From positions 672,001 through 736,000 of the forward strand of contig CAXXFL010000006.1 of assembly GCA_963674965.2 (NCBI GenBank): 64,000 bases of DNA, written 5' to 3'. The position numbers and the translations under genes are program-made. The stretch comes from a bacterium. Lineage in GTDB: Bacteria > RBG-13-61-14 > DATKZS01. Each line of letters begins with the position of its first letter. Positions within the stretch are counted from its first letter, which is position 1. This document shows, piece by piece, positions 9,534 through 20,008 of the stretch. A model generated the notes under the pieces. The model saw only the letters and a program-made list of their open reading frames with translations. It was not told the origin of the DNA and made no database searches.

Positions 9534-11030
9534 TTACAACCTGACCCTTTCCACCGCCTTTTTCCATCCCGAGTAAAGCTTTTCCCTTTCCTCGGTCCCC
9601 ATGGTCGGCTGGAATTTTCTCTCGGTTTTCCTTACTCTTGCCAACTCGTCGGCCGACTTCCAAAGTCCCACTCCCAGTCCGGCCAGATAGGCGGCCCCCA
9701 GCGAGGTCGTCTCGTGCATGACCGGGCGGTCAACGGTAAGATCGAGAAGGTCGGCCTGGAACTGCATGAGGAAGTCGTTGGCGCAGGCCCCGCCGTCAAC
9801 CCTCAACTCGACCAGGCCAAAGCCCGCGCCGGCTTCCTCCAGGTCCTTCTTCATGGCCTCGATCATGTCCTTTGACTGATAGGCGATGGACTCGAGGGCG
9901 GCCCTGACTATATGCGCCCTTCCCGTTCCCCTGGTCATTCCCACCAGCGCCCCCCTGGCCCGGGGGTCCCAGTAGGGCGCGCCAAGACCCACGAAGGCGG
10001 GAACAAGATACACGCCCCCCGTGTCCTTGATCGATGTTGCCATGTCCTGGGTCTCGCCCGCGTTCTTGACGATCCGAAGCTCGTCGCGCAGCCACTGGAT
10101 GGCCGCTCCCCCGATGAATATGGAACCCTCGAGGGCGTAGCCCGGTCCGCCGTCGGGACCGCAGGCCACGGTCGTGACCAGTCCCGCCGACGAGCGAAGC
10201 GACCTTTTGCCCGTGAAAATGAGACAGAAGCAGCCCGTGCCGTAGGTGTTCTTGATCGTGCCCGGCTCGAAGCATCCCTGCCCGAAGAGCGCGGCCTGCT
10301 GGTCTCCCGCCACGCCCGCGATGGGCAGGCCGCTTCCCAGAAAGTCGGAGCAGGTCTCGGCCATGACTCCCGAGCTGTTCCTGACCTCCGGCAGCATCGA
10401 GCGGGGAATGCCCAGCTCTCCCAGCAGCTCCTCGTCCCACTCGAGCTTCTCAATGTTGTAGATCATGGTCCGCGAGGCGTTGGTGTGGTCCGTGACGTGG
10501 GTCTTGCCTCCAGACAGCTTGTGGATGAGCCAGGAGTCGATGGTCCCGAAGCAAAGCTTGCCCGCCTCGGCCTTGTCCCTGGCGCCGGGTACCTTGTCCA
10601 GTATCCACTTGATCTTGGTCCCGGAGAAATAAGCGTCGATGACGAGGCCGGTCTTGGCGCGGACCGTATCCTCGAGTCCCCTCGATTTGAGTTCCTCGCA
10701 AAGGTCGGCCGTCCGGCGGCACTGCCAGACGATGGCGTTGTAGACCGGTTTTCCCGTTTCCTTTTCCCAGACCACCGCGGTCTCGCGCTGGTTGGTGATG
10801 CCGATCCCCGCCAGATCGCTCGGCTTGACGCCCGCGTCCTCCGCGGCCGCCTCCATCACCTTCGAGGTGACCGTCCAGATTTCCTCGGGGTCGTGCTCGA
10901 CCCAGCCCGGCTCCGGATAATGCTGCGTGAACTCCGAGTAGCCCCGGCCGGCGACCTCGCCATCCTCGTTAACCACCAGCGCGGTGGTCCCCGTCGTGCC
11001 CTGATCGATGGATAAAATGAACTTGGACAT
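9534..11030 (-). CDS. glpK: glycerol kinase
   Basis: [67 protein letters not shown]. Confidence 0.97.
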   Translation of the reverse strand: MSKFILSIDQGTTGTTALVVNEDGEVAGRGYSEFTQHYPEPGWVEHDPEEIWTVTSKVMEAAAEDAGVKPSDLAGIGITNQRETAVVWEKETGKPVYNAIVWQCRRTADLCEELKSRGLEDTVRAKTGLVIDAYFSGTKIKWILDKVPGARDKAEAGKLCFGTIDSWLIHKLSGGKTHVTDHTNASRTMIYNIEKLEWDEELLGELGIPRSMLPEVRNSSGVMAETCSDFLGSGLPIAGVAGDQQAALFGQGCFEPGTIKNTYGTGCFCLIFTGKRSLRSSAGLVTTVACGPDGGPGYALEGSIFIGGAAIQWLRDELRIVKNAGETQDMATSIKDTGGVYLVPAFVGLGAPYWDPRARGALVGMTRGTGRAHIVRAALESIAYQSKDMIEAMKKDLEEAGAGFGLVELRVDGGACANDFLMQFQADLLDLTVDRPVMHETTSLGAAYLAGLGVGLWKSADELARVRKTERKFQPTMGTEEREKLYSGWKKAVERVRL

Positions 11031-11077
11031 TTCCCGGTCCCCCTCCTCGATATTGCCGCCCGAGCGCCTCGGGCGTA

Positions 11078-11929
11078 TTAACCTGGCAGGCCCTCCTCGA
11101 GCGCCTTCCTCATCGCCTCCACCGGCGCCTTCTCGCCGGTCCAGGCCTCGTACTGAAGGACGCCCTGGTTCAGAAGCATGTCCAGCCCGCGAGCAGTCCG
11201 GCACCCGGCCTCCCTGGCCTCCTTAAGAAGCCTCGTCTCCCGCGGGTTGTAAACGATGTCCATCACCGCCTGGTCCGCCCGCCAAAGCCCGGGGGAAACG
11301 ACCGACTCGCCCTCCTTCGGGTGCATGCCCACGGGAGTGCAGTGGATGACCACCTCCGCCCTCTCCATGGCCGCCGCCAGGGTCCTCTCGTTTAAAAGGT
11401 CCGACTCCGTCTCGACGCCCGCCTTGTCGCGGCAGTCGGCCGCCAGGGTCTCGAGTTCCTTCTCGATCACCCCGAGGATATGGAGGGAGCCGAGTCCGGC
11501 TTTGGCGCCCAGAGTGATGGCCACGGCCCGGGCCCCGCCGCCTGAGCCTAGGATCAGCGCCCGCTTTCCCTCAAGCTCGACCCCCGCGTCAACCAGGGCC
11601 TTCATGGCGCCGGCCCCGTCGGTGTTGGTTCCTACCAGCCGGCCGTCCTCGTTTATTATCGTGTTGACCGAGCCTATCCACTCGGCCACCGGGTCCAGCT
11701 CGTCCAGGTGCTCCATCACCGCCACCTTGTGGGGGATGGTCACGGAAGAGCCGCGGATGCCCAGGGCGCGGATGCCCTGGACCGCCGCCCTCAGGTCCTT
11801 AACCTGGAAGGGAACGTAAACCCAGTCCAGACCGGCCGCCGCGTAAGCCGCGTTGTGCATGGCCGGCGAAAGCGAGTGCTCCACCGGGTCCGCGATGATA
11901 CAACAAACCTTGGTCTTTGCGCTTACCAT
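11078..11929 (-). CDS. aroE: shikimate dehydrogenase
   Basis: [51 protein letters not shown]. Confidence 0.96.
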   Translation of the reverse strand: MVSAKTKVCCIIADPVEHSLSPAMHNAAYAAAGLDWVYVPFQVKDLRAAVQGIRALGIRGSSVTIPHKVAVMEHLDELDPVAEWIGSVNTIINEDGRLVGTNTDGAGAMKALVDAGVELEGKRALILGSGGGARAVAITLGAKAGLGSLHILGVIEKELETLAADCRDKAGVETESDLLNERTLAAAMERAEVVIHCTPVGMHPKEGESVVSPGLWRADQAVMDIVYNPRETRLLKEAREAGCRTARGLDMLLNQGVLQYEAWTGEKAPVEAMRKALEEGLPG

Positions 11930-12075
11930 TCGATACTCCTCCTCGAGGCGCCGGAAAGATCGTCTCCCGGCGCGGGTACTACAATATAAAATTTTTCACG
12001 CGAGCGCGCAATAAGGCGCCTCCCTTCTCGGGTCCGATCAGGCGCCCGCGCAAAAGCGGGATATAGCGCGCGAGC

Positions 12076-12104
12076 TTGCCATGAGATCGTATAAATCGCA
12101 TAAT
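12076..12104 (+). promoter_or_regulatory. candidate sigma70 promoter of the ECF transporter genes
   Basis: TTGCCA-N17-CATAAT ending about 19 nt before ATG 12124. Confidence 0.5.
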
Positions 12105-12123
12105 CGGGTAATCCATTTTCACC

Positions 12124-13833
12124 ATGACCGCGATTGAAATAAAGGGAGCGAGCTTTCGCTACAAGGGAGCCCAAAGGGACGCTCTCGTAAAAATCGACCT
12201 CGTGGCCGCGAGGGGCGAGAGGATCGGAGTGGCCGGCTTGACCGGCGCGGGCAAGTCCAGCCTGCTCCGCCTGGTCAACCGGCTTATTCCCCACGTCCAC
12301 AGGGGTGACCTGACGGGAACGGTCGAACTCTTCGGGGAGGACGTTTCAGGCCGCCGTCCGGCCCAGCTTTGCCGCGAGGTGGGCATGGTCTTCCAGGACT
12401 TCGAGAGCCAGCTCTTCTCCACCGCGGCAATAATGGACGCGGCCTTCGGCCCTGAGAACCTGGGACTTGAATCCTCTGAAATAAGGCGGCGCGCCCTCGA
12501 GGCGATCGAGCGGGTCGGCCTTTCCGGCCTGGAGGACCGGGACCCCGCGACCCTCTCGGGCGGACAGAAGCAGCGCCTGGCCATCGCCTGCGTGCTGGCC
12601 ATGAAGCCGAGGATTGTCTGTCTTGACGAGCCCACCACCGACCTGGACCCCCAGGGAAGGGACGAGGTCTCGTCGATCGTCAACGACCTTTCCGCCGAGG
12701 GCGTCACCATGCTGGTGGCTGAGCACGACGCGGAAATCCTCAAGTCCTCGGGAAGGGTCATCGGCCTCGAGGAGGGAAGGATGGTCCTCGACTCCAGGCC
12801 GGAGGACCTTCTCCTCTCCGGCGACCTTTGCCGTTCCATGGGCGTCCGGCGGCCCGCGCTTATCGAGGCCGTTTCCGCGCTGGGGCTGGCCGCTGGGCCG
12901 TTATCCCCCGTTGAAGTCGCTCAAGAGATGCGGCGCTCGGGCCTCATGGTTGACGCCGCGACCTCCGAGTCACTCGCCAAGTCCGACGCCGTGAGGGCCT
13001 CCGCCCTGGGGGAGGAAACGGTCGCGTTCGACTCGGCTCGCCACTCCTACGAGGGAGGGTTCGAGGCCCTGGGCGGCGTCACCCTTTCTATAAAGGCGGG
13101 TGATTTCGTGTGTCTCCTGGGCAGGAACGGCTCGGGCAAGACCACTCTTGCCAAGCATATAAATGGACTTCTGAAGCCGTCCTCCGGCTCCGTCGCCGTC
13201 AAGGGCGTGGACAACGCCGGGCGGGACCCCGGCGAGCTGGGACGCGAGGTGGGGTTCGTTTTCCAGGACCCGGACCACCAGATATTCGCGGCCACGGTCC
13301 AGGAGGAAGTGGCCTTCGCTCCCCGCAACTTCGGCGTGGAAAAGGACGAGATCGAGAGACGGGTCGCCGCGGCCCTCGAGCTGACGGGGCTGTCGGACCA
13401 CCGCGAGTCCGATCCCTTCGTGCTCACCAAGGGCATGCGCCAAAGGGTCGCCCTCGCCTCCGTGCTCAGCTCGGAGCCGGAAATAATCGTTTTCGACGAG
13501 CCCACCACCGGGCTGGACTACCCCGCCCAGCGGGCGGTCATGGACCTTCTTCATAAGCTTAATCAAAGCGGCAAGACGGTGATCGTCATTACTCACGCCC
13601 TGTGGGTGGCGGCCGAGTACGCCAGGCGCCTGGTGGTGATGGACCGGGGCGCGGTGGTGGGTGACGGCCCGGCCCGGGAGATCATGTCCGACGCCGGCCT
13701 GATGGAGAAGGCCGGCCTCAGGGTCCCCGATATCACTCGCCTGGGCCTCGAGCTGGGAGTGAAAATCACAAGCCCGGCCGAGCTTCTCCTGGCCCTGGGC
13801 CGGGACAAGGGCAAGCGGGGAGGCCCGTCATGA
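12124..13833 (+). CDS. ECF transporter ATPase, fused tandem A-A' domains
   Basis: Two ABC domains: GLTGAGKS/LSGGQKQR/LDEPT and GRNGSGKT/LTKGMRQR/FDEPT; AFGPEN and FQDPDHQIF ECF motifs. Confidence 0.93.
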   Translation: MTAIEIKGASFRYKGAQRDALVKIDLVAARGERIGVAGLTGAGKSSLLRLVNRLIPHVHRGDLTGTVELFGEDVSGRRPAQLCREVGMVFQDFESQLFSTAAIMDAAFGPENLGLESSEIRRRALEAIERVGLSGLEDRDPATLSGGQKQRLAIACVLAMKPRIVCLDEPTTDLDPQGRDEVSSIVNDLSAEGVTMLVAEHDAEILKSSGRVIGLEEGRMVLDSRPEDLLLSGDLCRSMGVRRPALIEAVSALGLAAGPLSPVEVAQEMRRSGLMVDAATSESLAKSDAVRASALGEETVAFDSARHSYEGGFEALGGVTLSIKAGDFVCLLGRNGSGKTTLAKHINGLLKPSSGSVAVKGVDNAGRDPGELGREVGFVFQDPDHQIFAATVQEEVAFAPRNFGVEKDEIERRVAAALELTGLSDHRESDPFVLTKGMRQRVALASVLSSEPEIIVFDEPTTGLDYPAQRAVMDLLHKLNQSGKTVIVITHALWVAAEYARRLVVMDRGAVVGDGPAREIMSDAGLMEKAGLRVPDITRLGLELGVKITSPAELLLALGRDKGKRGGPS

Positions 13834-14609
13834 GCCGGGGGTTCTATTGTCCCGGCGACGGTTTCTTTCATCGGCTTCATCCGGTGACCAAGATAGTCGT
13901 CCTGTTCCTGTCCTTCATATCCGCCATGGCGCTCGATCATCCCCTTTGGGTGCTCCTTCTTTTCATGGTCTACGCCCTGCTCGGGGCCAGGACCGGCGCC
14001 ATGAAAAACGCCGGGCGCGTGGCCGTCATCCTGGTCCTGGTCGCCGTCGCCAGCTTCGGTATCTGGAGTTTTTCCTACGAGGGAGGGACCGAGGTTTTCC
14101 GCCTCGGCCCCCTTTCGGTGACGCGGGAAGGAATGCTCTTTGGCGCGGGCATGGGCCTTCGCCTCGACCTGATGGTTTTTTGCGGCTTGATTTTCCTCGC
14201 CGTCACGCCGGTGGAGGAGTTGACCCATGGCCTCACCCGCTTGGGCGTTCCCTTTCCCGTTGGCTTTGCCCTTTCTCTCAGTTTCCGGCTGGCCCCTCTT
14301 TTTTCCGACACGGTGGGGTCCATACTCGACGCTCAGCGGGCGCGGGGCCTGATCGTGAAGGGTGGTCCCATAAGTCGCCTTCGCCTTTACGTCCCTCTTT
14401 TCGTCCCCGTTTTCGCCGGGGCCCTGAGAAGGACCGACCAACTGGCGGCGGCCCTCGAGTCCAAGGGCTTCGGCCTCGGAGTCAAACGGGGCAGCCTGGT
14501 CGATTATCGCGCCGGATACCGGGACGTCGTCTCCCTTATAGTCGTGACGGCCATAATAATCGCCTTGATCGCCGTCCGCCTCCTTGGCTGGGGCATGGTG
14601 GCCGGATAA
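13830..14609 (+). CDS. ecfT: ECF transporter transmembrane T component
   Basis: RLHPVTK, AQRARG and LESKGF coupling-helix motifs; ATGA overlap with the ATPase. Confidence 0.92.
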   Translation: MSRGFYCPGDGFFHRLHPVTKIVVLFLSFISAMALDHPLWVLLLFMVYALLGARTGAMKNAGRVAVILVLVAVASFGIWSFSYEGGTEVFRLGPLSVTREGMLFGAGMGLRLDLMVFCGLIFLAVTPVEELTHGLTRLGVPFPVGFALSLSFRLAPLFSDTVGSILDAQRARGLIVKGGPISRLRLYVPLFVPVFAGALRRTDQLAAALESKGFGLGVKRGSLVDYRAGYRDVVSLIVVTAIIIALIAVRLLGWGMVAG

Positions 14610-14779
14610 ATGGAAAATATTGGCCTTATGTCGGTCGCCTCTTGATTTTTCCACCGCTTCTCGTGTTATGATTAAGCGTCGCGCACTGTCCGGGGCGTGG
14701 TCCGCGGCATTCGAGCCGTTATTTTTTTCCCGGCGCGGTTCTGGCCGGGGGGACGTATTAACGCTGAGAGGAGCCCATA

Positions 14780-16594
14780 ATGGAAGACAGAAGCATCCCC
14801 GACCGATTGTACAAACTGGTGGCGAAACACCCCGACCGCGTGCTTTTCAAGAACAAGGAAAACAACGCCTGGAGGAACGTGACTTACGGCGAGGTGGGCA
14901 AGACCGCCTCCGAGATCGCCTACGGCCTCTTCGAGCTTGGCATTCAGGCGGGAGACCGCGTCTCGGTCCTGGCCGAGAACAGCCTCGACTGGATTTTCGC
15001 CGATCTTGGAATATTGTCCGCCGGCGGCGTGACCGTGACCATCTATCCCTCCAACCTTCCCCACGAGGTCGAGTACATCGTGTCCAACTCCGGGTCCAGG
15101 TACATCGTCATCTCCAATGAGGACCAGTACAAAAAACTTGCCGACCGGGCCGAGACCATGTCCTGCCTGGAGAAAATCGTGTCCCTCGAGGACGTGCCCG
15201 GCGCGGCGGACGACGTTATCTCCCTGGCCGGCCTTCGCGAGCTGGGCGTGAAGAGGATGGAGAAGTCGGCCGACGAGCTGACAAAAAGGATTGGCGAGAT
15301 CAAACCCGAGGACCTTTGCACCATGGTCTACACCTCGGGGACCACGGGACCGCCCAAGGGCGCCATGATCACCCACGGCAACATCCTGTCCGTCTACTAC
15401 ATGCTCGACAAGGTGCTGGCCCTCGACCCGGACACTGACGTGTCCCTCTCGATCCTTCCCTACGCCCACGTCTACGAGAGGATCGGAGGACTCTTCACGG
15501 GAATATTCGCCGGCATCACCATCGCCATCTGCGAGGGCCTGGACAAGATCACGGCCAACGTGGCGGAGATCCGGCCCACCCTTATTCTCGGCGCCCCCCG
15601 CCTTTACGAGAAGATGTACGCGGCCATCCTCAAGAACATCGAGAGCCAGTCGCCGCTCAAGAAGAAAATCTTCGAGTGGGCCATGTCCGTGGGCCGCGAG
15701 GTCGGTCCGTACAAGCTGGCGGAAAAGCCCCTGCCCGCCGTCCTGGGCGTCAAGTACAAGCTGGCCGACAAGCTGGTGTTCGACACCATCAAGCAGAAGT
15801 TCGGGGGCCGCATAAGGTTCTTCGTCAGCGCGGCGGCGCCCATCTCGAAGGACATCATCGAGTTCTTCCACGCCCTGGATATCCTCATTATCGAGGGATG
15901 GGGCATGACCGAGACCAGCGCTCCCTCGACCGTGAACCGTCCGGGCGAGATCAAGTTCGGCACCGTGGGCAAGGCCCTGCCGGGGGTCGAGGTGGTCATC
16001 GCCGACGACGGCGAGGTCATGGTCAAGGGGCCCAACGTATTCGGGGGCTACTTCTCGAAGGACGGCGCCATTCGCGACGAGTTCAGGGAGGACGGCTTCT
16101 TCCACACGGGCGATATCGGAAAGATCGACGAGGACGGATACCTCTCCATCACCGACCGGAAAAAGGACATCATCATCACGGCCGGCGGCAAGAACATCGC
16201 CCCCCAAAACGTGGAGAACCTCCTCAAGACCGACCTTTACATCTCCGAGGCCCTGGTCTTCGGCGACAGAAAGAAATTCCTCTCCGCCATCATCACCCTC
16301 GACGAGGAGGCGGTCCAGGAATGGGCGGCCAAGGAAGGCGTATCCTTCAAGGACTTCGCCGAGCTGTCCCAAAAGCCCGAGACCTACCGCCTGGTCGAGG
16401 GAAGGCTGGCCATACTCAATAAAAGTCTTCCCAAACACGAGACCATCAAGCGTTTCCGCCTTTTGGACCGGCAGTTCCTGCAGGACAAGGGTGAGATCAC
16501 GCCCACCATGAAACTGAAGAGGAAAGTACTTTACGATAAGTTCAAAAACGTCTTCGAGGAGTTCTACGAGGGACTCGAGGACGGGGCCATTTAA
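14780..16594 (+). CDS. fadD: long-chain fatty acid--CoA ligase
   Basis: YTSGTTGPPKG, EGWGMTE, FHTGDIG, ITDRKKDIIITAGGKN, TPTMKLKR. Confidence 0.92.
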   Translation: MEDRSIPDRLYKLVAKHPDRVLFKNKENNAWRNVTYGEVGKTASEIAYGLFELGIQAGDRVSVLAENSLDWIFADLGILSAGGVTVTIYPSNLPHEVEYIVSNSGSRYIVISNEDQYKKLADRAETMSCLEKIVSLEDVPGAADDVISLAGLRELGVKRMEKSADELTKRIGEIKPEDLCTMVYTSGTTGPPKGAMITHGNILSVYYMLDKVLALDPDTDVSLSILPYAHVYERIGGLFTGIFAGITIAICEGLDKITANVAEIRPTLILGAPRLYEKMYAAILKNIESQSPLKKKIFEWAMSVGREVGPYKLAEKPLPAVLGVKYKLADKLVFDTIKQKFGGRIRFFVSAAAPISKDIIEFFHALDILIIEGWGMTETSAPSTVNRPGEIKFGTVGKALPGVEVVIADDGEVMVKGPNVFGGYFSKDGAIRDEFREDGFFHTGDIGKIDEDGYLSITDRKKDIIITAGGKNIAPQNVENLLKTDLYISEALVFGDRKKFLSAIITLDEEAVQEWAAKEGVSFKDFAELSQKPETYRLVEGRLAILNKSLPKHETIKRFRLLDRQFLQDKGEITPTMKLKRKVLYDKFKNVFEEFYEGLEDGAI

Positions 16595-16606
16595 AGGGAG
16601 GCGGAC

Positions 16607-17368
16607 ATGGAAATCAGAAGAAGGGGCTTCATGGGCCTGGCCGCCGCGGCCGGGCTGGGCGCGGCGTTCCTGCGGGGAGTGAAGTCCTGGGCCAGGGGCC
16701 TTCCCTCCGACCCGGGCTCGGGGGCCAAGGCGGAGGGCGATGAGATAGCCCTGCCCGCGTTCGAGAAAAACCTCGGGGTCAGCCTGGATCAGGCCATGCT
16801 GTCGAGGAAATCCGACCGGTCCTTTGACGGGGGCAAGACCTTAAGCATGGAGCAGGTGGCGCGCGTTCTCTGGTCGGCCAACGGGGTCAACAGGGAGGAC
16901 GGCCACCGGACCACGCCCAGCGCCCTGGCGCTCTACCCGGTGGACGTTTACGCGGCCCTGCCCGATGGGGTTTTCCTCTACGCCCTCAAGGAGCACAAGC
17001 TGGTCAAGGTCTCGGGAGAGGACATAAGGGACAAAGTACCCATCTTCCAGGCCGGGCTTAAAAAGGCGGCCATGATGATACTTTACGTCATCCGGGCAGA
17101 CAAGGCGGTGGACGACAAGAACATGCTTTCCAACCTCGAGGCCTCCGAGGCGACCGAGCAGGAGATAGCCAAGGTGGTCGAGAACAAGACCAAGTGGGCC
17201 GACCTCGAGATCGGATGCATGGTCCAGAACGCCTACCTCGAGGCGGCGGCCCTGGGCCTCGGTTCATGCGTGTTCGCCCTGGTCAGGTTCGACAAGGTCT
17301 CGGGCTACATGGGCCTCAAGGACAACCAGGTCCTGAGAATAGCCCAGGCCGTGGGACCGCTGAAGTAA
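16607..17368 (+). CDS. nitroreductase / SagB-ThcOx-family FMN oxidoreductase with Tat signal
   Basis: RRRGFMG twin-arginine leader; RKSDRSF, RTTPSA, QNAYLEAAALGLGS. Confidence 0.85.
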   Translation: MEIRRRGFMGLAAAAGLGAAFLRGVKSWARGLPSDPGSGAKAEGDEIALPAFEKNLGVSLDQAMLSRKSDRSFDGGKTLSMEQVARVLWSANGVNREDGHRTTPSALALYPVDVYAALPDGVFLYALKEHKLVKVSGEDIRDKVPIFQAGLKKAAMMILYVIRADKAVDDKNMLSNLEASEATEQEIAKVVENKTKWADLEIGCMVQNAYLEAAALGLGSCVFALVRFDKVSGYMGLKDNQVLRIAQAVGPLK

Positions 17369-17375
17369 AGGGAAA

Positions 17376-17696
17376 ATAGTATCTCGAAAGGAAGCGAAGG
17401 ACGAGTTAGGTTTGCCGATTGAAAAACCGAACGACGACCTTTACAAACTGATTAAGTCGATTTATGACGACGTCGCTGATGAACTCAAACTGAATGATCC
17501 GTTCGACCCGAGCGTATCCCTGGGCACGGACCCGGAAAAGCAATACGAACACCATCGTGCTATTATTGAGAGCGTGAGCGGAGGTTCTGACGTATTTATC
17601 ACTGAGGGACGGCTCGTAAAAACACAGGTCCATGTACAGCCGGGTGTAATCAGGGAAACCATTCAGGACAGCCCAATATATGAGGGATGGAAATGA
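17376..17696 (+). pseudogene. 3' remnant of an SDH-family (Clp-fold) serine peptidase gene
   Basis: Frame open from about 17364 with no credible start: SRKEAKDELGLPIEKPNDDLYKLIKSIYDDVADELKL...RAIIES resembles the C-terminus of SDH/ClpP-like peptidases (recognised from memory); lower GC than flanks. Confidence 0.6.
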
Positions 17697-17998
17697 AGTC
17701 ATCGACCAATAAATATGAGAAAGACGATGAAAGCTTCTTCGCCACCGGGACTTCCGTAAGTTCGATTACGGTGGGGACGGCAACTAACGTTCGCTATTTC
17801 AACTATTCCCCCGCGCTGTTCCCCGATCTGAATCCTGAGCATGATATTGCGCCAATCGTTCATCCGATGGATATAGTAAAGCCTTCCAAGGAACAGTTGC
17901 TTCGATTGGCGAATGAAGCCTACGCCGCGCTTGATCCTGATGATCGCGACGAGATGGACGTTTGGGACGCAACGATCAAAGACGGGTTGGAAGAATAA
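17693..17998 (+). CDS. putative antitoxin of the MazF toxin
   Basis: Directly upstream of mazF; acidic C-terminus LANEAYAAL...WDATIKDGLEE typical of MazF-associated antitoxins; ATGA-coupled to the upstream remnant. Confidence 0.65.
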   Translation: MKSSTNKYEKDDESFFATGTSVSSITVGTATNVRYFNYSPALFPDLNPEHDIAPIVHPMDIVKPSKEQLLRLANEAYAALDPDDRDEMDVWDATIKDGLEE

Positions 17999-18004
17999 CA
18001 TGTC

Positions 18005-18343
18005 ATGCCTTATCGGGGGGAAGTCTGGTTAGCTGATCTTGAGCCGGTAAAAGGACACGAACAAGGGCGAACCAGACCGGTCTTGGTAATTTCCAATAAT
18101 ACTTTCAATCAAGGCCCCTCGTCCATTGTCATCGTGGTCCCAATAACTAAAACAAACCGAAAAATCCCTTTCCACGTCCAGATACAACCGCCGGAGGGCG
18201 TCCTGTCTAATACGAGCTACGCCTTGTGCGATCATGTAAGGGCTATTTGAAAAAAAGACCGCTTAATCCGAAGGCTGGGCACTTTGAAAGTAGATACCAT
18301 AAACGAAATATCCGATCGCTTGAAAGTCCTTATGGACTTGTGA
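18005..18343 (+). pseudogene. mazF: PemK/MazF toxin with an internal in-frame TGA
   Basis: RGEVWLADLEPVKGHEQGRTRPVLVISN...VVPIT; TGA at 18248-18250, after which the same frame continues KKDRLIRRLGTL...RLKVLMDL to TGA 18341-18343. Confidence 0.9.
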
Positions 18344-18499
18344 TTGCATTGATATTTACTTCATTGTTTCTTCGCGCGATAACCTTGCATGTTTCTATTT
18401 GCCGTTGGCGGTGGGACTTGTAATATAATATCAACGGCCGGGCGGCAACGTCGGCCGGACCGGATAATCGTCCGCCCGCGGCGGCGCTGGAGCATTCTA

Positions 18500-20005
18500 T
18501 TGTTACGTCCGTACCTTAAAAGCCGAAGGACCTGGGGCGCCCTGCTTGGAGCTTCATCCTTCCTTTTTCTCGTTTTCTCTCCTCCCCTCGCGGGCCTTGG
18601 CGGGAAAGCGCAAAACGCCGGGGCCGTGGCCGCGCTGATGGCGTGCTTCTGGATCGGGGAAGTCGTTCCCATTTACGCCGCGGCCCTTTTTCCCATCGTG
18701 CTTTTTCCCCTGTTGGGAATACTGGACACCAAGGCGGCGGCCGCCCCTTACGGGGACAGGATCGTGTTCCTGATGATGGGCGGGTTCATGATCGCGGCGG
18801 CCATGCGCAAATGGGGGCTCCATCGCCGCATTTCCCTGCATATCATCAAGCGGCTGGGCCGGTCTCCGGGCGGCATCATCCTCGGCTTCATGGCGGCGGC
18901 GGCGCTTTTATCCATGTGGATGAGCAACTCGGCCACGGCGGTGATGATGATGCCCATCGCCGTCTCGGTCAGTTGGCGGGCCCAGGGGGCCGACGGTCCC
19001 GACGGCCTCGAGCCGAGCGCCTTCTCGACCTCGCTCATGCTGGCCATCGCCTACTCGGCCGGCGTGGGCGGCGTGGCCACCCTGGTGGGGACCCCTCCCA
19101 ACGCCATCTTCGCCGGCCAAGTCCAGGCCCTTTTTCCCGAGGCCCGGGAAATCTTTTTCGCCGACTGGATAAAACTCGGCCTTCCCGTGAGCCTTTGCCT
19201 TTTCGTCCTGGTCTGGTTCACGTTGAACAAGGTGTTCTTCCGCCTCAAGCCCGAGGACGTGAACTTCGATCCCGCCGTGCTCGAGGAGGAACTGAAAGGC
19301 ATGGGGCCGCTCAGCCGGGGCGAGTCGGCGGTGCTTTTCTGCTTCGCCCTCGCCGCTATCCTCTGGATGACGAGGGGGCTGTGGGGAGAGGCGGCCGAGG
19401 ACGCGGGCATACTGGTGCACGACTCGACCATAGCCATGCTCGCGGCCCTCCTGTTGTTCATGATTCCCGTGGACCTGAAAAAAAGGGAGTTCGCCCTCGA
19501 TTGGGAGGCGGCGGCTCGAATACCGTGGGGGGTGCTGGTCCTTTTCGGCGGCGGCTTCGCCCTGGCCAAGGGGCTTCAGACCTCCGGTTTCGCCGAGTGG
19601 GTGGGGGCCAATCTCCACGGCCTCTCCGGCCTCCATCCCCTCGTGGCCATCCTCGCCGTGTGTCTTATGATGACCTTTTTGACCGAGGTCACCTCGAACA
19701 CCTCGACCACCACCATCATGATGCCGGTGATGGCCTACACCGCCGCCGCCCTGAACATGCACCCCTTCCTCTTGATGCTGCCCGCGACGATCAGCGCCTC
19801 CTGCGCCTTCATGCTCCCGGCCGCCACGCCTCCCAACGCCATCGTGTTCGGATCGGGCCTGATCAGGCTTCCCCAAATGGCCAAGGTGGGTCTGGTCCTG
19901 AATTTGCTCGGGGCCGTAGTGGTGGCCCTTTTAGTATACTGGCTTGGCGGCTGGGCCCTGGGGGAGGACCTGTCGGCCTTCCCTTCCTGGGCGGCGCCGA
20001 GGTAA
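18500..20005 (+). CDS. DASS/SLC13 sodium:dicarboxylate/anion symporter
   Basis: LSMWMSNSAT, GTPPN, TEVTSNT, AFMLPAATPPNAIV; likely TTG start at 18500 after GGAG. Confidence 0.93.
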   Translation: MLRPYLKSRRTWGALLGASSFLFLVFSPPLAGLGGKAQNAGAVAALMACFWIGEVVPIYAAALFPIVLFPLLGILDTKAAAAPYGDRIVFLMMGGFMIAAAMRKWGLHRRISLHIIKRLGRSPGGIILGFMAAAALLSMWMSNSATAVMMMPIAVSVSWRAQGADGPDGLEPSAFSTSLMLAIAYSAGVGGVATLVGTPPNAIFAGQVQALFPEAREIFFADWIKLGLPVSLCLFVLVWFTLNKVFFRLKPEDVNFDPAVLEEELKGMGPLSRGESAVLFCFALAAILWMTRGLWGEAAEDAGILVHDSTIAMLAALLLFMIPVDLKKREFALDWEAAARIPWGVLVLFGGGFALAKGLQTSGFAEWVGANLHGLSGLHPLVAILAVCLMMTFLTEVTSNTSTTTIMMPVMAYTAAALNMHPFLLMLPATISASCAFMLPAATPPNAIVFGSGLIRLPQMAKVGLVLNLLGAVVVALLVYWLGGWALGEDLSAFPSWAAPR

Positions 20006-20008
20006 AAA

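Noticed and set aside
11930-12123. Riboswitch upstream of the ECF genes
   Set aside because: The small hairpins show no recognisable TPP/B12/FMN/preQ1 consensus, and the likely promoter lies downstream of them
18248-18290. Selenocysteine recoding of the mazF TGA
   Set aside because: The position is not a Cys-equivalent and no convincing SECIS hairpin follows; a nonsense mutation is simpler
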